Of a DNA stretch of 64,000 nt, positions 49,408-61,093 are shown piece by piece. Positions within the stretch are counted from its first letter, which is position 1. Every line of letters starts with the position of its first letter. A program made the position numbers and the translations under genes. This stretch comes from an uncultured Actinomycetota bacterium (GTDB lineage Bacteria; Actinomycetota; Actinomycetes; JAHEKZ01), in contig CAVQYR010000001.1 of assembly GCA_963718235.1 (NCBI GenBank), positions 1,408,001 to 1,472,000 of the forward strand, read 5' to 3'. The notes beneath the pieces were generated by a model. The model was not told the DNA's origin. It was given only the letters and a program-made list of their open reading frames with translations, and searched no databases.

Positions 49408-52400
49408 TTGACCTGCTCGAGCTGCGGGACGAACAACGAGCCCCATCGCAAGTTCTGCCGCGAGTGTGGCGAACGGCTTGTCCAGCGTGTGTGTGGCTTG
49501 CGGTGCCCCCAATGCAGCCGATGACAAGTTCTGCGGCGAGTGCGGCGCGCCGATGTCGGCGGAGTCGTCAGGCCCTGTCGGCGCACCGTCCGAGAACCAG
49601 CAGCGGTCAGAGGGAGGAGCCGAAAGCACCGAACGCCGGCTGGTCTCGGTCTTGTTCGCCGACCTGGTGGGCTCCACCCCGTTCGCCGAGGGGCACGACC
49701 CCGAAGACGTCCGAGCGATGCTCACCGCGTACTTCGAGATCGGCGTCGAAGGCCATAGAACGCCACGGGGGAGTAGTGGAGAAGTTCATCGGTGATGCCG
49801 TGATGGCGCTCTGGGGTGCGCCCACCGCACATGAGGACGACGCAGAGCGAGCCGTGCGGGCCGCGCTGGACATCGTGGACCGAGTCGCCGCCCTGGGCGC
49901 CGAGCTCGGGGTGACGCTGCAGGCGCGGGTGGGCGTGCTCACCGGCGAGGCGGTCGCCACGGTCGGAGCGGTCGGTCAGGGCTTGGTGGCCGGCGACCTG
50001 GTGAACACCGCGGCGCGTCTCCAGGGGGCTGCCGACCCGGCACGGTGCTCGTCGGCGAGAGCACGTGTCGCGCTGCCTCCATGGGGGTGGTCTTCACGCC
50101 CATCGAGCCGCTGATCCTCAAGGGCAAGCAGGACAAGGTGCCAGCCTGGCGTGCGCTGCGGGTGGTGAGCGAGCTGGGTGGCTCGGGGCGAGGGCTTGCG
50201 CCCGAGCCACCGTTCGTCGGCCGCGATGAGGAGTTGCGGCTGACCAAGGAGCTGCTGCACGCGACAGGTCGGGAGGGTCGGCCGCGCCTGCTGACGGTCA
50301 CCGGGGTCGCCGGAGTCGGCAAGTCGAGGCTTCTCTGGGAGCTGCGCAAGTATGTCGACGGTCTTACCGAGGACACGTACTGGCACCAGGGCCGCTGCCC
50401 CGCCTACGGCGAGGGGGTCTCGTTCTGGGCCTTCGCCGAGATGGTGCGGGGCCGGGCCGGCATCGCCGAGACTGACGACGAGGCCACACAACGTTCGGCG
50501 CTGGCGACCTGTCTCACCGATCTGGTCGCCGACGACGACGAGCGTCGTTGGATGGAGCCCCGCCTCGGTCACCTGCTCGGCCTTGATCCAGCGCCGCCGG
50601 GTGGCCGCGAGGAGCTCTTCGGCGCGTGGCGACGCTTCGTCGAGCGAGTGGCCGAACGTGGAACAACGGTCATGGTCTTCGAGGACCTGCACTGGGCCGA
50701 CCCAGGACTGCTCGACTTCGTCGAGTCCTTGCTGGCCTGGTCGCGCCAGTCGCCGGTGCTCGTGGTCTCAGCGGCCCGCCCGGAGCTGAGCGAGCGTCGA
50801 CCGACCTGGGGTGCCACCGCACGGGCATCGTCCGGCCTGCACCTCGACCCCCTTCCCGTCGAAGACATCCGCGCCTTGGTCACCGGCTACGTCGAGGGGC
50901 TGCCCGACGACGCTCTGGAGCGCCTCCTCGAGCGTGCGGAGGGCATCCCCCTCTATGCAGTCGAGACGGTGCGCATGTTGGCCGATCGCGGCTTCCTCGA
51001 GCAGGACGGCCCGATCTACCGAGTAGTGTCCGAGCTCGCCTTCACTCTCGAGGTGCCTGAGACCTTGCACGCCCTCGTGGCGGCGCGGCTTGATGCATTG
51101 CCGGAGGCTGAGCGGAGCCTGGTGCTCGACGCTGCCGTGACCGGTCACAGCTTCACCCTCGGCGCCGTCTGTGCTGTCTCCGGACGTCCGGCTGAAGAGG
51201 TCGAGCCGCATCTGCGCGTGCTCGTCGTCAAGGAGGTCTTCGACCAGGAACAGGACCCGCGGTCGGCGGAACGAGGACAGTTCCACTTCGTCCAGTCGGT
51301 GATCCAGGAGGTCGCCTACTCGACGTTGAGTAAGGCAGCGAGGCGCAGCAAGCATCTGGTGTGCGCTCAGTGGTTCGCGGGTCTGCACGAGGAGGAGATC
51401 GCCGGGCTCGTGGCCGTCCACTACCTCGAGGCGTTCCGCGCCGAGCCCTCCGCGGCAGACGCTGAGGAGGTCGCCGGGCGCGCTCGACACTGGCTGCGGG
51501 TGGCCGCTGAGCGGGCGTTCTCGCTCGGCTCCCCTGAGACGGCCTTCGACTATGCGGTTCTCGGGCTGACCCTTGCGACGACACCGAAGGACCGGGCCGC
51601 CCTCCACGCGACGGCCGCGCGAGGCGCCCGGTACAGCGGTCGGCTCGAGATCGCCTGGGAGCACATCGCCGCTGCCTCCGACGCGTACCGCCTGGTCGAC
51701 GATGCGGACAGCGAAGGTCAGATGCTCTCGGGGGCGACCCCTGGCTTCGAGGGTGCGGCGCGTGCGGACGTCCTGCATCGGCTGGAGGAGGTCGACGGTC
51801 GACTGGACGGGCCCGGCCCGACCAAGGTGCTGGTCTTGGCGGCCCTGTCCAAGGCGGCGTCGATGGACGGTCGCCCCGAGGCGGCACTGCGCTGGTCGGA
51901 GGAGGCGATGGTCCGCGCGCAGTCGATCGACGACGACGAGGCGCTCATCGAAGCCGCCGGCGCTCGGGCCTACGCCCTGTTCAACGCCGACCGGCAGTTC
52001 GAAGCTGCGCTGCTCAGCGAGGGCAGGATGAACCTCGCGCGGCGCAGCGGCAGTGTCCAGGCGTTGCTCGGTGCAGCCATGGAGGGTGGGGTGATGCTGG
52101 CCACGTCGGAACCCCGTCGGGCCCTCGAGGCCTTTAGCGAGGCGGCCGACTGCGCGGCTCGTGCCGGGATCGGACCGGCGCAGAGCATGGCCCTGGCCAA
52201 CGCGGCGGAGGCCGCGATCGACCTGGGCGAGCTGGACACCGCTCAGCGCTGTCTTCGCGAAGCTGGCGAGATCGACGGCGGCGACCGGCTCGACCAGGAC
52301 GGGATCGCCCTGTGCCACGCCCTGCTGGACGCCTACCGCGGCGACGTGGAGACCGTGGACGACGCTCTTGACGAGCTCGAGGCGAGGCGCCGAGGGGCGT

Positions 52401-52885
52401 GGGAAGCGGTGCAGATGACCACCTGGTTCCTGCGCACGCGAAGCGCCGTACGACTGCTGCAGGGCGAGTGGGCTCGCGCGTTGGCAGACGCGACCGAGGC
52501 CATCACCTTGGACCCGTCGGGGGCGAACTCCTCTACCGCGCTGTGGCAGGGAGTCCACGCTGCAAGTCGTCTCCACGATGCCGCAGGGATCACCGGACTG
52601 CTGGACGCCACGTCAGGGCTGCGCGGCGAGTGGGTGGGCCTCGTGCGAGACACTGCACAGGCGGTGCTGCTCAGCCTGGACGGCGACACAGCCTCGGGCG
52701 CCGACGCGATGACCGCCGTGCTCTCGAAGTGGCGCGACCGTGACTTCCCCCTCGACCACGCGTTCGCGACCGCGATCGCGACGCGCGCGCTCTCCGAGGA
52801 CGTCGTCCCACGGGCGGAGGTCGAGGCAGCCCGCACCTACCTGACGGGGATCGAGGCGGACGGCCTGCTCCAGCTGCTCGGTTGA
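49408..52885 (+). CDS. Class III adenylate/guanylate cyclase with double zinc ribbon, STAND-type AAA ATPase and TPR region (3 apparent frameshifts)
   Basis: CSSC..FCREC / CVAC..FCGEC; ERRLVSVLFADLVGST, EKFIGDAVM, GDLVNTAARLQ; FVGRDEE, GVAGVGKS, FEDLHWAD, GIPLY; shifts near 49478, 49745 and 50040. Confidence 0.88.
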
Positions 52886-52992
52886 CCCCTGCCCCATCGG
52901 GCGCCACGTGTACCGGTGGCGCACAAAGTGAGCTCCATGCGATGGGCTGGCCCGGCAAGGTCACGGCTCGATGGTCCGTCATGGACCGACGG

Positions 52993-53042
52993 TCAACTGG
53001 CGAGGACCCGCTCGCTTCGGCGAACGGGTCCTCGCCAGTTGA
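52993..53042 (-). terminator. Intrinsic terminator-like hairpin after the second PKD gene
   Basis: 18-bp perfect outer stem tcaactggcgaggacccg / cgggtcctcgccagttga plus an inner 4-bp stem joined by a U-G pair on the minus strand; directly after the stop at 53046. Confidence 0.85.
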
Positions 53043-53045
53043 GCC

Positions 53046-56000
53046 CTAGGTGACGGTTACGGTCCTGCTCACGCTGGCAGCACGGCCCCAGTTGTCGGTG
53101 ACTGTCACGGTGATCGTGAACGTCCCCGGCGCCGCGTAGAGGTGTGCCGCCGGAGCGGCGCCAGTGCTCGGCGTCGTGGCGTCTCCCCAGTCCCACGAGT
53201 ACGACCTGATCCCGTCCGGGTCCGTGGTGCCGACGCTGCTGACCGCGCAGGACCGGCCAGTGCAGATCGGTTGGGGGAAAGTGATGGTCGGCGCAGTGTT
53301 TCCAACCGGCTCGGCTGGGGTCGTCGCAGTGCGGGTGGCCGGAACGCCCGCCCTTCCCCACGCATCGCTCACCGTGAGTGTGACGGTGTAGGTGCCTGGT
53401 ACGGCGTAGACGTGGCTCGGGACTGGCCGTCGTGCTGTCCGGCGTACCGTCGCCCCAGTTCCACAGGTACCGCAGGGGAGTGTTGCCCTCCGGGTCCGTG
53501 ATCGCGGCGCTGTTCGTCACGCACGTCGTGTTGGTGGTGCACGTGACGGTGAACGTGGCGTTGGGGCCTAGGTTGCCGGCCGGCTCGGTCATGGTCACCA
53601 CCCGGGTGACCGGTGCACCGGACCTGTTCCACGAGTCGGTGGCCGTCAAGGTGATGGTGTAGGTGCCGGGCGTCGCGTAGGTGTGTGAGGGCGAGGCGCC
53701 GGTGCCCAGCGCCGTGCCGTCACCCCAGTTCCACGAGTAGCCCTTGATCGTGTGCCCCTCCGGGTCGACCGTCCCGGTGCTGTTCATCGCACACACCAGC
53801 ACAGTGCACGTGGCGGTGAAGGTGGCGACGGGTCCGGTGTTGCCGGCCGGCTCGGTCATGGTCACGTCGTGGGTGACCGTGCTGGTCTTGCCCCAGACAT
53901 CGGTGACCGTCAGGACGACCGTGTACGTGCCAGGTGCGGTGTAGATGCGCGACGGGTTCGCCGCCGTGCTGGTGGTGCCGCCGTCACCGAAGTTCCACAG
54001 GTACCTAATCGCGTCACCGTCGGGATCGATAGTCCCGGCGCTGTTCATCTGGCAGGTCGTGTACGTCGGGCAGCTCGCGGTGAACATTGCACTTGGCGCC
54101 TGGTTGCCCGGCGGCTCGGTCAGCGTCACGCTGCGGGTGGTCGACGCCGCCTTGCCCCACCCGTCCGTGGTCGTGAGTGTGATCGTGTAGGAGCCGGCAG
54201 CTGCGTAGACGTGGGCCGCGGGCGAGGCGCCGGTGCTCAGCGCCGTGCCGTCACCCCAGTTCCACGAGTACGCGATGGTGTCCCCGATGTTGGGGTCCGC
54301 CGTGCCCGCACTGCTCACCGAGCAGGTGAGGCCCTGGCAGCTCTGGATGAACGTCGGGACCGGGGCGCTGTTGCCCGGGGGCTCGACGATCGTCACGCTC
54401 TGGGCCGCCGAGGTGTTGGTCAACGTCCACTCGTCCCTGACCGTCAGGGTCACCGGGAAGGTGCCCGGCGCCGTGAAGGTCTTGGTGGGCAGCGGACCGG
54501 TCGCCGTCCCCTGGGTGCCGAAGCTCCATGAGTAGGTCAGCGAGTTGGCGTTCTCGTCCGTCGAACCCCGTCCGTCGAAGGTGCACACGTTCTGGGTGCA
54601 GGTGTAGGTGAAGATGGCCACGGGTGGGTTGTTCGACGGCTGGGTCACCGTCACCCCGGTGGCAGCGCGCGGCTGGTCACCAGCGGTGAGGGGGTCACTG
54701 TCGCTGAGCTGGCCGACGACGTCGACCGACTGCACGAGAACGGTGTACGTGCCCGCCGGGATGACCGGCGTCGTGAAGGAGTAGTTCGACCCTGCGCTTC
54801 CAGGACTGTTGAGGAAAGCCGTGCGGAAGCTGGGGGTCGTGCTGGTGAAAGTGCCGGTCGAGCTCATGTACTGACCGGCGGAGTTCACGACCCCGATCCG
54901 TACCGACGCGATGCTCGCATTTGCGTCGGGAGCGTCCTCCGCGCGTCCGGTGACCACGATCTTTCCATCAGCGAACGAAGCGCCGTTCTGCGGCTGCCCG
55001 AGCGTGTCGCTGAGTGTCGGGGGACCGTCGTTCGGGTAGACCGCATAGGTCGCGGTCGCCGCGCTTGGGTCCTGCTGGACCCGGTCGAACGCCAGCGCGC
55101 GGAACTGCCAGTTGCCGCCCGTCGGGAGGGTGATGGTCGGCAGTGACCACGCCGTGCTGGTCGCATTGGGCGAGCTCAGGGTGGCGTCGCGGTACGCGAG
55201 CGAGGCCGCCATGGTGCCGTTGGCCTGCAGGTAGCGGCCGGTGCCGCGGTCCTGCAGGCTGACCCGCACCCGCTCGACGCCGATGTCGTCGGTGGCGATC
55301 CCAGACAGGTTGACCGTCAAGGATTCGTCGGTCGGAGCGACGAAGGCCATCGTGGCGTCCGGAGGCAGGTCGCCGGCGTACTGGGCGTTGATGGTGAGCT
55401 GGCCCCGGTTGGTCGACGAGGTCGTCAGATCCTCGTCGTCGGTTGCCCGCACCGTGAAGCTGTAGGTGCCCGGCGACAGGTTGAACGGCGGGGTCCAGCT
55501 CCAGTTGTAGTTGGCCCCGGCGATGTCCACGGGTGAGACCCGACAGGCGCCGGCGCTCACCTGAGGGCCCCAGGTGCAGTCGTTGCCGAGGTTCTCACCG
55601 GTGGAGCTGTTGCGCAGGGTGACTTCGACGTTCTTCAACCCCTGGTCATCGGACGCGGTGCCGGAGAAGGTGATCTGTCCACCTGGCTCCACGGTGAGCG
55701 CCGGGACCGTGAACGGCGGCGTCATCGCCACCGGCTGGCTGATGGCGACGGTCGGCGCCACAGCGGTGGAGTCGACGGTCCAGTCCCGGGTCGCGCTTCG
55801 CAGGTCGGCCTGGCCGATGGTGTCGGTGGCCGTGGCACTGCCGCGCCAGACGCCCTCATGCGGCAGCGTGACCTCATAGGACCAGGTCGCGTTGGTGGCC
55901 CCGATGACGTCCGGAACACCACGGAAGGTGTTGAAGATGGGGCTCACGGTGCCGTCGTTCTGCAGGTAGCGCTGCTGCTCGTCACGGAACCAGTAGCTCA

Positions 56001-58784
56001 GCGAGTTGACGCCCTTGTCGTCGTTCGCGGTCCCGGTCATGGTGAATGTGGTTGACGTCTGGACGCCGCTCGGTCCGCTGATCGACGTCGTGGGGGTCTG
56101 GTCCTCGGTGCTGAAGGACTCGAACCTCTTGGTCGCTGGGGTCGAGTCGCTCGTGCCGCCGGTGGCCGCGGTGAACGCCTGGGCCTGGACCTGGAGGTTG
56201 CGGTTGGTCGTGATGGTGGCTGGGATCGACCAGGTCCGGGTCGTTCCCGTGCCGGAGAGCGTCGCGTTGAGCGTGTTGGCGGTGGTACCAAAGGTGGTGA
56301 AGGCGGTGCCGTTGTCCTGAAGGTACTGGCCGCTGTCGCGGTCACGCACCTGCACCTGCACCCGTCCGACCGTGCCGCTGGCAACCCTGGCCGTCCCGGT
56401 GACGTCGAACGGCACGTTGTTCTGGACGACGCGGCCCTCGATGGGCGTTGTGATCGTGGTGTCCGGCAACGCTGCCGGGAACGTGACGGTGTTGAAGTCG
56501 AAGAACGCGACGCGCCCGGTGCGCACTCCACCCTTCCACTGCCCGTCGCCGCCGACGAACAGGCCGCGGGGCGTGGCCTCCATCGCCTTGTCGCCCTCGA
56601 AGGAGTTGGACCCGTCCAGGGGGTACCACTCCAGGGCCTTGCCGTTGGCGGGGTCGATGGCCGCGATGTGGTCGCGACGGACCACCTGGTCGCCGAGGCC
56701 GTAGCCCGCGAGGCCCTGACCGGTGCCGTAGCCGACGTTGTCCAGTCCGGGCCACGGGTCGTCGGAAGTCTGCGACTCGATGAAGCCGAAGTGGCCACCG
56801 ACATACACCGCGACCTCGGTGATGGCAATCGAGTAGATGCTGTCGAAGTGTCGGGCGATCCACAGCGGCTGGACGTTATCCTCGGTACCCGCAGGCGCGT
56901 TGATCGGATACGCGACCGCTGTGTCGCTGATCGGTGGCGAGTCGCCACCCGAGCCGCTGCTCACGACGAAGTACGAGTCGTCGGGCGCGATGTCACCGGC
57001 GTAGATGCGGGTGACGCCGCCGACGCGGCCCAGATTCTCGTCCCACAGCTGGCTGCGCCAGGGCAGGAGCTGCTTGGTCGCCGTGTCGATGATGCCCATG
57101 CCGTAGCGGTCCTGGCCGTCGATCTGCCGGCCGGTGTGCACCACGAGCAGTTTGCTCTGGTCGTGGGTGAGCTTGAGCTGTGGCACGCCGAGCTGGCCGT
57201 CGACGCCGATGCCGCCGGACAGCTGGTTGTCGAAGGACTGGTCGACAACTCCAGACGCGGTGTTCACCGCGGCGAGACCGGTGCGGAGCCTGCCGTTGAT
57301 CCGCGTGTATCGGCCACCCACGTAGAGCGTGCTGTTGGTGGCGGCCAGCGACGTCGCCTGGTTGTTCGTGCTTTGGGTGAAGCGCGAAGGTGCTGAGGGG
57401 TGCACCGGTGGTGAGGTTGAGGCTGGCGACCTTCTGCTCGGTAACGCCGTCGACGGTGTTGAAGGGCCGCCGACGAAGAGCTTGGTGCCGTCGGGATTGG
57501 CCTCGACCGCGTTCAGCGCCGCCGCCGAAGGTCGGGCGGAACTCGTGTCGATCAGACCGGTCTGGTAGTTGTAGCTGAGCAGGTCGGGCTGGTTCATCAT
57601 CGTGGTGGCGCGATGGTGTTCGGCGCTGAGGTGAAGTTGCCGGCGATGAAGACCCGGGCTGCGTTTCCGGTCCCCACGACCTCCATGTCCCAGATCTCAC
57701 CGGTGCTGATCCGCGGCGTGTTGGTCCTCGGCTTGTCGGGGACGAGGCGGGTGTGCCCGGGCGCGGTCGGTGGGGGCGCGGTAGGGTTGACGGTGCGGGT
57801 CGTCGCCGTCGATGCGAGTCCTTGGTTGTCGGTGACCACCAGGGAGATCGTCTTCGACCCGGCTGGTCGCGTAGGTGTGCGTCGCTGTCACACCGGTGCC
57901 GGTGGAGCCGTCCCCGAAGTCCCATGCGTAGGAGGCGACCGTGCCGGGTGGCGTGTCGGTGGAAGCCGATGCGTCGACCGTGCAGGTCGGCTGTGGGCAG
58001 CTGACCGTGAATGACGCCGTCGGGCGCAACGTTCGGGTCCGAGCGTCTGGTCGGGCTTGAGCACGACGGTCCACATCGTCGCTTTGCCCGATAGGCACCG
58101 GCGGTGGCGGTGCGCGCAGGCGACGCGCCGGTTGCCGCCGGCTGGTTCAGGTCGGAGGCAACGGAGGTGATGCGGCCAGGACCAGTGCCGAGGGACGATG
58201 CTGCGCTGGGTCTGACCGGCCGGGAGGGTCCAGCCGGTGGTGGCGGAGGACTTGTCCGCCCAGTAGGAGACGACATAGGAACCTGCGGTCCCCACAGTTG
58301 GCGACGGGTGTCGTGTGCGTGGCCCGGTTGGTCGTCTCGGCGGCCGAGGTGAAGGCGGAGACGGCTGGGTCGGTGGCGGTGCCGTCGTAGGCGAGCAGGG
58401 TCAGGCTGGCCTTGGTGGTCGCGGTGAAGTCGACCGCCTGGCTCCTGCCGGCGTCGGCTGGCGGTCGCGACTTTGGTGTAGAGGATGGTCTCCGTGTCCG
58501 TGCTGGAGAGCCGCGTGCCGACGAGAGTCCAGCCGGCGGGCGTCGCCGGTGACCGACGCCAGGGCCTTGTTGCTCGTGACGAAGAGCAGCAGGCCGTCGG
58601 TCTCCCGGACGGCACGCAGGGATGGTCACCCGGTGCGGTGATTTGGTTCGACCGCCGCCTGGGCCGCCGCGCGGAACGTGATGGTGTCGGCGGCGCCCGC
58701 CGGCGCCACGGTGGCCCCGACCACCCCCATCGACACGGCCAGGCTGGCCACGACCAGACCGACGAACTGCTTGCGTCCCCGCAT
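53046..58784 (-). CDS. Giant secreted protein, paralog 2: Sec signal, extra N-terminal domain, PKD, beta-propeller, about 5 Ig-like repeats, 6 PKD domains (about 1900 aa; many apparent frameshifts)
   Basis: [23 protein letters not shown] signal; colinear with paralog 1; six EP.GN..P...F...C....C..D....Y.WNWGDG-type repeats ending TVTVT*; frameshifts near 53420 and clustered at 57350-58660. Confidence 0.85.
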
Positions 58785-59027
58785 AATGATTCCCCCACCT
58801 TCGACTGCGCGCAGTATCAAGCGACGGTGTGAGCCACCGCAAGCCGATCGGCCGGATCCTGCCCGTTCCGACCGTTTGTCAAGCCGAACGGGGCACGCGG
58901 TCACGCTGAGTGTGACTCCGGTCACTGTGGGGAGTGTCCCCGTCGCTTGGTCCCTGAGCGCATGGGGCTGCTTAAGGACTGGGCCGACAGACGCGCCGCG
59001 TCGGGGCCGGGAAGAGGCTCAGTCGAC

Positions 59028-60452
59028 TCAGATGTCGTAATAGAGCTCGAACTCATGCGGCGTGGGTCGCAGCTGCACGGGCTTGACCTCGTTCTCCCGC
59101 TTCCAGTCGATCCAGGTCTCGATCAGGTCCTCGGTGAACACGCCACCCTCGGTGAGGTAGTCGTGGTCGGCCTCGAGGGCGTCGAGCACCTGCGGCAGTG
59201 TGCCCGGAACCTGGGGGATGTCGTGACGCTCCTCCGGCGGCAGCTCGTAGAGGTCCTTGTCGACCGGCTCTGGCGGCTCGATCTTGTTCTTCACGCCGTC
59301 GAGACCGGCCATCAGCATGGCCGAGAACGCGAGGTAAGGGTTTGCCGACGGGTCGGGAACGCGGAACTCGATCCGCTTGGCCTTGGGGTTCGAGCCGGTG
59401 ATCGGGATCCGGATGCACGCCGAGCGGTTGCGCTGCGAGTACACCAGGTTGACCGGCGCCTCGTATCCCGGCACCAGGCGGCGGTAGGAGTTCACCGTCG
59501 GGTTGGTCCAGGCGAGCAACGACGGCGCATGCGTGAGCAGGCCACCGATGTACCAGCGAGCCATGTCCGAGAGCCCGCCGTAACCGAGCTCGTCGTAGAA
59601 CAGCGGCACTCCGTCTTTCCACAACGACTGGTGGACGTGCATGCCGGAACCGTTGTCACCGAAGATGGGCTTGGGCATGAACGTCGCGGAGTGACCGTTG
59701 CGCCAGGCCACGTTCTTGATGACGTACTTGAACAGGTTCACCTGGTCGCCGGCGTGCAGCAGCGTGGAGAACTTGTAGTTGATCTCCGCCTGGCCGCCGG
59801 TGCCCACCTCGTGGTGCGCACGCTCTACCTCGAGACCGACCTGCTGCAGGGCCAGGGTCATCTCGTCGCGCAGGTCGGCGAAGTGGTCGACCGGCGGGAC
59901 GGGGAAGTACCCACCCTTGTACGCGGTCTTGTAGCCGAGGTTGCCGCCCTCTTCCTCGCGCCCGGAGTTCCACTTGCCCTCGACCGAGTCGAGGAAGTAG
60001 TAGCCGGCGTTGGACTTGGTCTCGAACCGGACGTCGTCGAAGACGTAGAACTCGGCCTCTGGGCCGAAGTACGCGGTGTCGGCGATCCCCGTGCCCTTGA
60101 GGTACGCCTCGGCCTTGGCAGCGATGTTGCGCGGGTCGCGGCTGTACGGCTCGTCGGTGAACGGGTCGCGGATCGAGAAGTTCATGACCAGGGTCTTCTC
60201 GTCGCGGAAGGGGTCGACGTAGGCAGTGGTGGGGTCGGGGATCAGCTTCATGTCCGACTCGTGGATCGCCTGGAAGCCGCGGATGCTGGAACCGTCGAAC
60301 ATCAACCCGTCGTTGAAAGCGTCCTGCCCGAACGCGGTCGCCGGCATGTTGAAGTGCTGCATCACACCCGGCAGGTCACTGAACCGGACGTCGATGAAGA
60401 CGACCGCTTCATCGCGGATGAACTTGAGGATGTCGGCGGCGCTGGAGAACAT
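59028..60452 (-). CDS. glnA: Glutamine synthetase type I (GSI-beta)
   Basis: [48 protein letters not shown], adenylylation site [11 protein letters not shown]; 474 aa. Confidence 0.98.
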   Translation of the reverse strand: MFSSAADILKFIRDEAVVFIDVRFSDLPGVMQHFNMPATAFGQDAFNDGLMFDGSSIRGFQAIHESDMKLIPDPTTAYVDPFRDEKTLVMNFSIRDPFTDEPYSRDPRNIAAKAEAYLKGTGIADTAYFGPEAEFYVFDDVRFETKSNAGYYFLDSVEGKWNSGREEEGGNLGYKTAYKGGYFPVPPVDHFADLRDEMTLALQQVGLEVERAHHEVGTGGQAEINYKFSTLLHAGDQVNLFKYVIKNVAWRNGHSATFMPKPIFGDNGSGMHVHQSLWKDGVPLFYDELGYGGLSDMARWYIGGLLTHAPSLLAWTNPTVNSYRRLVPGYEAPVNLVYSQRNRSACIRIPITGSNPKAKRIEFRVPDPSANPYLAFSAMLMAGLDGVKNKIEPPEPVDKDLYELPPEERHDIPQVPGTLPQVLDALEADHDYLTEGGVFTEDLIETWIDWKRENEVKPVQLRPTPHEFELYYDI

Positions 60453-60492
60453 CTGGGCGGCTCCCGTTCGGATCGGCTGATCGACCTGCCGG

Positions 60493-60546
60493 ACGCTACG
60501 GACGGTCGGTTTCTCGTCGGTGTCCCTCATGTTTCGTCCACGTTAC
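60493..60546 (-). promoter_or_regulatory. glnA promoter with a tandem GlnR box
   Basis: Minus strand GTAAC-N6-GAAAC-N6-GACAC-N6-GAAAC (60546-60509), then -10 TAGCGT (60498-60493). Confidence 0.85.
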
Positions 60547-60562
60547 GCCGGTTGGGCCGAGG

Positions 60563-60972
60563 TCATCGGCACCCGTTGGCCAGACTCGGCAGATCCACAC
60601 CGCGCAGCTTCGCGTCCCACTTGGCAAAGGCCTTGGGGTTGTCGAAGGTCACCGCGGTGACCCACTGCCGAGCGACCTGGGCGAGGTCGGCAAGGTCAGC
60701 CGCCGAAGGCCCCGTACGGCACTGCGCCACCAGCGCGTCGAGTGCCGCCAGGTAGGCCGGGAGGTCCCCGACCCGCCTGGCTTGGGTCGCCTGCTCGGCC
60801 AGCTCGACCGGTGATCCGGCCGGGGCGGCCGGTGCCGCAGGCGGCCGGTCGCGGCCGGTGTCGCGGTGCGACCGGCTTCCGTGGGGCCGCCGCTGCATCC
60901 GGTCAAGGAGACGGTCAGCATCGCCGTGCCCCACAAGGCCGCGAACGTTGCCCTGGCCCCGGTTCTGGTCAT
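60563..60972 (-). CDS. Hypothetical lipoprotein (apparent frameshift near 60850)
   Basis: Lipobox LTGC, Pro/Ala linker, helical C-terminal part (…ALVAQC…ANGCR*) in a second frame. Confidence 0.6.
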
Positions 60973-61093
60973 ACGACCATCAAACGCGAGCCCGACCCGC
61001 TCCGCGATTCCTCGGCCGGGTCCGGTCCGCGGTGGAGCGACTCCCGCGGGTTCCGAAGTCGCCGGTCGAGGGCCCTCCGTCTACCGTGGCGGC

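Noticed and set aside
39116-58784. Diversity-generating retroelement or gene-conversion cassette between the PKD paralogs
   Set aside because: No reverse transcriptase; differences are spread over synonymous sites rather than adenine-specific; no long identical DNA tract noticed
58947-60755. 602-aa plus-strand ORF opposite glnA (likewise 107-2275, 7002-8777, 24498-27416, 34538-37198 and 50768-52576)
   Set aside because: Antisense shadow ORFs expected in high-GC DNA; no motifs, and each lies opposite well-supported genes
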